This document shows positions 7,438-11,621 of a DNA stretch of 11,621 nt, in pieces; the stretch's first letter is position 1; every line of letters begins with the position of its first letter. The notes under the pieces were generated by a model. It worked only from the letters and a program-made list of their open reading frames with translations, made no database searches and had not been told where the DNA came from. A program made the position numbers and the translations under genes. This stretch comes from Myxococcales bacterium (lineage in GTDB: Bacteria; Myxococcota; Myxococcia; Myxococcales; Anaeromyxobacteraceae): positions 1 through 11,621 of the forward strand of contig JBBQEB010000123.1 of assembly GCA_038320275.1 (NCBI GenBank). The letters are read 5' to 3'.

Positions 7438-7902
7438 GTGGCTCTTCGGATCGCGGCGGGCTCGGACCACGCTGGCCTGAACGTCCGCGCCGCGGCGGTG
7501 CGCATCGCGCGGGAGAAGGGATTCGAGGTGGACGACCTCGGGCCCTTCTCCGGCGAGAGCGTCGACTATCCCGACCACGCTCGCCAGGTGGCGGAGGCGG
7601 TCGTGGGCGGGCGAGCGCAGTTGGGCATCCTGGTCTGCGGCACGGGCATCGGGATGGCGATCGCGGCCAACAAGGTCCCGGGCGTGCGGGCCGCGCACTG
7701 CGGCAACGAGCTCGACGCGCGCATGGCGCGAGCGCACAACGACGCAAACGTGCTCTGCCTGGGCGAGCGTGTCCTCGGGTTGGGGCTCGCGGAGGCCATC
7801 GTCGCGGCCTTCCTCGACACCGCCTTCGCGGCCGGTCGCCACCAGCGGCGGGTCGAGAAGATCACCGCCATGGAGCGGCCGACGGGAGCGGAACCATCAT
7901 GA
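7438..7902 (+). CDS. rpiB: Ribose-5-phosphate isomerase B, 154 aa
   Basis: GTG 7438 after GAGGT; 'GSDHAG', 'DYPD', catalytic '[20 protein letters not shown]', '[10 protein letters not shown]', 'GRHQRR'. Confidence 0.95.
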   Translation: MALRIAAGSDHAGLNVRAAAVRIAREKGFEVDDLGPFSGESVDYPDHARQVAEAVVGGRAQLGILVCGTGIGMAIAANKVPGVRAAHCGNELDARMARAHNDANVLCLGERVLGLGLAEAIVAAFLDTAFAAGRHQRRVEKITAMERPTGAEPS

Positions 7903-9152
7903 TGCCGATGCAAAGCTTGTCTGAGGCCGACCCGGTCATCCATCGCCTGGTCCGCCAGGAAACGCGCCGGCAGGCCGAAGGGCTCGAGCTCATCGCCAGC
8001 GAGAACTTCGTCTCGCCGGCCGTGCTGGAGGCGGTCGGCAGCACCCTCACCAACAAGTACGCGGAAGGTTATCCGGGCAAGCGCTACTACGGCGGCTGCG
8101 AGGTGGTGGACGAGGTGGAGTCGCTCGCCATCGACCGCGCCCGGCGGCTGTTCGGGGCCGAGTACGCCAACGTGCAGCCGCACTCGGGGTCGCAGGCCAA
8201 CATGGCCGCCTACTTCGCGGTGGCGAAGCCGGGCGACACCCTGCTCGCGATGAGCCTCAACTTCGGGGGGCACCTCACCCACGGCTCGCCCGTGAACTTC
8301 TCCGGCAAGCTGTTCAAGATCGTGCCGTACGGCCTCCGCAAGGAGGACGAGACCATCGACATGGACGAGGTGGTCCGGCTCGCGCGCGAGCACCGGCCGC
8401 GGGTGCTGGTGGTCGGCGCGAGCGCCTATCCGCGCACGCTCCACTTCGCGCCGTTCGCGGAGATCGCGCGCGAGGTGGGCGCCACGCTGCTGGTGGATAT
8501 GGCGCACATCGCCGGGCTGGTGGCGGCGGGCCAGCATCCGTCGCCCGTGCCCCACGCGGACATCGTCACCACCACCACCCACAAGACGCTGCGGGGCCCC
8601 CGCGGCGGCATGATCCTCTCGCGCGAGGCGCACGCCAAGGCTCTCAACTCGCAGATCTTCCCCGGCATCCAGGGCGGGCCGCTGGAGCACGTCATCGCCG
8701 CCAAGGCGGTGGCCTTCCAGGAGGCGCTCCAGCCGGCCTTCCAGGAGTACGGACGCCAGGTGGTGGAGAACGCCAAGGCGCTCGCCGAAGGGCTCGTGAG
8801 AGCTGGGCTGAGGCTCGTGTCGTGCGGCACCGACAAACACCTCATGCTTGTCGATCTCCGCCCCAAGCGGCTCACCGGCAAGGTGGCCGAGGAGGCGCTC
8901 GGCAAGGCGGGCATCACCGTCAACAAGAATATGATCCCGTGGGATCCGGAGAAGCCCATGACCACCTCGGGCGTCCGCATCGGGACGCCCGCGCTCACCA
9001 CGCGCGGCATGAAGGCGGGCGACATGGCTCGGGTGGCGAGCCTCATCGGCCGCGCCCTCGACGCTCCCGCCGACGAGGCGGCGCTGGCCCGTGTGCGGGG
9101 CGAGGTGAGGGAGCTCTGCGAAGGGTTCCCGCTGTACGCCGGCATGTATTAG
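7899..9152 (+). CDS. glyA: Serine hydroxymethyltransferase, 417 aa (alternative ATGs at 7902 and 7908)
   Basis: 'LELIASENF', '[15 protein letters not shown]', '[11 protein letters not shown]', PLP-lysine motif '[14 protein letters not shown]', 'SGVRIGTPA'. ATGA overlap with the rpiB stop. Confidence 0.97.
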   Translation: MMPMQSLSEADPVIHRLVRQETRRQAEGLELIASENFVSPAVLEAVGSTLTNKYAEGYPGKRYYGGCEVVDEVESLAIDRARRLFGAEYANVQPHSGSQANMAAYFAVAKPGDTLLAMSLNFGGHLTHGSPVNFSGKLFKIVPYGLRKEDETIDMDEVVRLAREHRPRVLVVGASAYPRTLHFAPFAEIAREVGATLLVDMAHIAGLVAAGQHPSPVPHADIVTTTTHKTLRGPRGGMILSREAHAKALNSQIFPGIQGGPLEHVIAAKAVAFQEALQPAFQEYGRQVVENAKALAEGLVRAGLRLVSCGTDKHLMLVDLRPKRLTGKVAEEALGKAGITVNKNMIPWDPEKPMTTSGVRIGTPALTTRGMKAGDMARVASLIGRALDAPADEAALARVRGEVRELCEGFPLYAGMY

Positions 9153-9187
9153 GCTGCCTGCCCCGCGGCACGGCCGCACCCCACGCC

Positions 9188-9685
9188 ATGCGCTGCCCAT
9201 CCTGCGGCCACCCCGAGGATCGCGTCGTCGATTCGCGCGAAGCGCAGGAGGGCCAGGCCACGCGCCGCCGGCGCGAGTGCCTCGGGTGCGATCGCCGCTT
9301 CACCACCTACGAACGGGTGGAGGAGTCGCTGCCGCACGTGGTGAAGAAGGACGGCAGGCGGGAGGCCTTCGACCGACGCAAGGTGGTGGAGGGGCTGGAG
9401 CGGGCCTGCCAGAAGCGGCCGATCTCGCGCGAGCAAGTGGACGCGCTCGCCACGGCGGTCGAGCGGCGCGTGCAGGAGCAGGGGGAGCGGGAGGTGACGA
9501 GCCATGCAGTGGGCGAGGCGGTGATGGCGCGGCTGCGCGAGCTCGACCCGGTGGCCTACGTGCGCTTCGCGTCGGTGTACCGGGCCTTCGCCGACGTGGG
9601 CGAGTTCATGAGCGAGCTGCAGGGCCTGGAGGACAGCGCGCCCGCTCCGGCGGCCCCCGGGCACGAGCCGTCCGGTCCGGCATGA
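9188..9685 (+). CDS. nrdR: Transcriptional repressor NrdR (Zn ribbon + ATP cone), 165 aa
   Basis: 'MRCPSC...VVDSR...[18 protein letters not shown]', '[11 protein letters not shown]', '[13 protein letters not shown]'; canonical position before ribD. Confidence 0.96.
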   Translation: MRCPSCGHPEDRVVDSREAQEGQATRRRRECLGCDRRFTTYERVEESLPHVVKKDGRREAFDRRKVVEGLERACQKRPISREQVDALATAVERRVQEQGEREVTSHAVGEAVMARLRELDPVAYVRFASVYRAFADVGEFMSELQGLEDSAPAPAAPGHEPSGPA

Positions 9686-10818
9686 GCGCCCGAACGCCCC
9701 CGCCCCGGAGCGAGGCCGAGAGCTTCATGCGCCTCGCGCTGCGCGAGGCCGAGAAGGGGCTCGGCCGCACCCGTCCCAACCCCGCCGTGGGCGCCTTGCT
9801 GGTGCGCGGTGGCGAGGTCGTCGCGCGGGGGCACCACGCGCGGGCGGGCGGGCCGCATGCCGCGGTGGTGGCGCTGCGGCGCGCCGGCGCTCGCGCGCGG
9901 GGAGCCGACCTGTACACCACGCTCGAGCCTTGCAATCACTGGGGGAAGACGCCGCCGTGCGCCCTCGCCGTGATCGAGGCCGGCGTGCGGCGGGTCTTCG
10001 TCGGCTCGCGCGACCCCAACCCCGCGGTGAATGGCCGCGGCCTGGCGCGGCTCCGCCGGGCGGGGGTGGAGCTCGTGACCGGCGTGCTGCGCGCCGACTG
10101 CGACGCGCTGCTGGCGCCGTTCGCGCGTTTCATCACCTCGGGCCGGCCGTTCGTGACGCTCAAGGCCGCCATCACGCTCGACGGCAAGCTGGCGGCCTCC
10201 TCCGGCGATTCACGATGGGTGACGGGCGAGAAGGCCCGGGCGGAGGTGCACGCGCTTCGCCACCGCGCCGACGCCGTGCTGGTGGGCGCCGGAACCGCCC
10301 GCGCGGACGATCCGCTCCTCACCGCGCGGCTCCCCCGCGGCAGGGGGCGTGACCCCACGCGCGTGGTGCTCGACACCCGTCTCGAGCTGCCCAGCTCGCT
10401 CAAGCTCTTTCACCCCCACTCCGACGCCCCCACGCTGGTCGCCACGGCCGCGGAGGTGGACGGCCGGCCCGCGCTCCCCGGCGTCGAGCTCCTGCGCTGC
10501 CGCGAGGCCGGCGGCCGGATCGACCTCCAGGATCTCCTGTCCCAGCTCGGCGCGCGTGGGCTCACCCACCTCCTCGTGGAGGGCGGCGCGAAGGTGCACG
10601 CGAGCTTCCTCGCCGACCGGCTCGTCGATCGGGTGATGGTCTACGTGGCCCCGCGCATCCTGGGAGGCGGGCTGGAATGGCTCAGCGGAGTGGGGCCGGA
10701 GCGGATGTCCGACGCGCTTCAGCTCGACCGGCTCGAGGTCCGGCGGGTCGGCGAGGACCTGCTCGTGGCCGGGTCGCCTCGGGATGCGGGGGGGCGTCGG
10801 CCCCGGCGAGGCACATGA
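9682..10818 (+). CDS. ribD: Bifunctional riboflavin deaminase/reductase RibD, 378 aa; deaminase catalytic Glu appears replaced by Ala
   Basis: ATGA overlap with the nrdR stop; 'PNPAVGA', '[10 protein letters not shown]' (expected HAE), '[14 protein letters not shown]', 'DPNP'; reductase motifs '[11 protein letters not shown]', 'SRWVT', '[16 protein letters not shown]', 'LLVEGG'. Confidence 0.95.
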   Translation: MSARTPPPRSEAESFMRLALREAEKGLGRTRPNPAVGALLVRGGEVVARGHHARAGGPHAAVVALRRAGARARGADLYTTLEPCNHWGKTPPCALAVIEAGVRRVFVGSRDPNPAVNGRGLARLRRAGVELVTGVLRADCDALLAPFARFITSGRPFVTLKAAITLDGKLAASSGDSRWVTGEKARAEVHALRHRADAVLVGAGTARADDPLLTARLPRGRGRDPTRVVLDTRLELPSSLKLFHPHSDAPTLVATAAEVDGRPALPGVELLRCREAGGRIDLQDLLSQLGARGLTHLLVEGGAKVHASFLADRLVDRVMVYVAPRILGGGLEWLSGVGPERMSDALQLDRLEVRRVGEDLLVAGSPRDAGGRRPRRGT

Positions 10819-10835
10819 GCCGCCGTCGCTTCGCG

Positions 10836-10865
10836 TTGGCGGCGCCTCGCGGCTGCGGGTACATT
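10836..10865 (+). promoter_or_regulatory. Candidate internal sigma70 promoter for ribE, possibly giving a leaderless mRNA
   Basis: TTGGCG (10836-10841), 18-bp spacer, TACATT (10860-10865), then 7 nt to the ATG at 10873; no SD in front of that ATG. Confidence 0.4.
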
Positions 10866-10872
10866 GGCCTGG

Positions 10873-11529
10873 ATGTTCACCGGCCTGATCATCGACGTGG
10901 GGACGATCGAGCGCGTGTCCCCCCGCCAGGGAGGCGCGCGCGTCGCGGTGCGCCCGCGCGCCATCCACGTGGACGATCTCCAGCTGGGCGAGAGCGTCGC
11001 CTGCGCGGGAGCCTGCCTCACCGTGGTGGAGCGTGGGGGAGGCCTGGCGAGCTTCGACGCCGTGCCCGAGACGCTGAGCCGGACCACCGTCGGCCTGTGG
11101 CGGCCAGGCACCTGCGTGAACCTCGAGCGTGCGCTCGCGCTCGGCGATCGGCTCGGCGGCCACATGGTGGCCGGCCACGTCGATGCCGTCGGCGAGGTGC
11201 TGGCCCGCGCGGTGGAAGGCGAGGGCGCGCGCTTCACCATCTCGCTCCCGCTGGTCATCGCGGCGCTCGTGGCGGAGAAGGGCTCGGTGGCGGTGGACGG
11301 GATCTCCCTCACGGTGGCCCGGGCGCACCGCGACCGCTTCGAGGTGGCGCTCATCCCGGAGACCCTGGCGCGCACGACGCTGGGGGCCGCGGTTCCGGGC
11401 ACGAAGGTGAACCTCGAGGCCGACGTGGTCGCGCGCCACGTCGCGCGGCTCGTGGAGCTGGGCGCGGCGCCGGGGGGGCTCGACGCGGGGGCGCTCTCGC
11501 GCTGGGGCTACGGCGGAGCGATCCAATGA
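10873..11529 (+). CDS. ribE: Riboflavin synthase (alpha chain; ribC in E. coli nomenclature), 218 aa
   Basis: Diagnostic N-terminus MFTG fixes the start at 10873; 'GESVACAGACLTV', 'VNLERAL', 'RLGGHMVAGHVD', 'KGSVAVDGISLTV', 'VNLEAD'. Confidence 0.96.
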   Translation: MFTGLIIDVGTIERVSPRQGGARVAVRPRAIHVDDLQLGESVACAGACLTVVERGGGLASFDAVPETLSRTTVGLWRPGTCVNLERALALGDRLGGHMVAGHVDAVGEVLARAVEGEGARFTISLPLVIAALVAEKGSVAVDGISLTVARAHRDRFEVALIPETLARTTLGAAVPGTKVNLEADVVARHVARLVELGAAPGGLDAGALSRWGYGGAIQ

Positions 11530-11621
11530 GCGGCAACGCGCAGCGCGCCACCTCCCGCATCGAGGCGGCCCTCGGCCACCTGCGTGCCGGGAAGATGGTC
11601 ATCCTGGTGGACGACGAGGAC
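11526..11621 (+). CDS. ribB: 3,4-dihydroxy-2-butanone-4-phosphate synthase (RibB or RibBA fusion), N-terminal fragment; 3' truncated by window
   Basis: Hand translation MSGNAQRATSRIEAALGHLRAGKMVILVDDED leads into the RibB 'VDDEDRENEGD' motif. ATGA overlap with the ribE stop, GGAG upstream. Whether it is fused to RibA cannot be seen. Confidence 0.88.
   Translation, partial: MSGNAQRATSRIEAALGHLRAGKMVILVDDED

Noticed and set aside
7822..7842. RpiB 'FAAGRH' rather than the common 'FEGGRH'
   Set aside because: Catalytic and phosphate-binding residues (DH, CGTG, HN, RH..R) are intact; cannot be distinguished from normal variation without an alignment.
9126..9187. Possible internal promoter for nrdR (TTCCCG-N18-TAGGCT) and search for an NrdR box
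   Set aside because: Weak -35 match overlapping the glyA stop; no AT-rich NrdR-box-like palindrome is visible.
1..11621. Search for CRISPR arrays, tRNA/rRNA, IS/transposase, prophage, defence or secondary-metabolite (type II PKS) systems
   Set aside because: No periodic repeats, RNA-gene signatures or mobile-element motifs were seen; KS/ACP/KR genes are the primary fatty-acid synthase set linked to plsX and rpmF, with no chain-length factor or tailoring genes.

Overview
GC-rich bacterial housekeeping region with all real genes on the + strand. Gene order and protein style resemble Myxococcota/Anaeromyxobacter-type deltaproteobacteria (inference, not a database result). Order: 3' end of a SIMPL (DUF541) gene, an orphan NarL/FixJ-family response regulator, then a near-consensus sigma70 promoter preceding the tightly packed cluster yceD(DUF177)-rpmF-plsX-fabH-fabD-fabG-acpP-fabF-rpiB-glyA-nrdR-ribD-ribE-ribB(A) (last gene truncated by the window). 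rpmF and the ribB fragment are absent from the supplied ORF track. I see no mobile element, CRISPR, rRNA/tRNA or riboswitch, and no convincing new multi-gene system. The points worth checking are local: (1) the RibD deaminase motif HAE reads HAA, losing the catalytic Glu (real inactivation or base error); (2) FabG carries an NAD(H)-type Asp at the end of beta2; (3) a perfect 16-bp palindrome with an FNR-like TTGAC-N4-GTCAA core lies upstream of the orphan regulator; (4) a candidate leaderless internal promoter precedes ribE; (5) two odd substitutions in a conserved GlyA motif raise a sequence-quality caveat.
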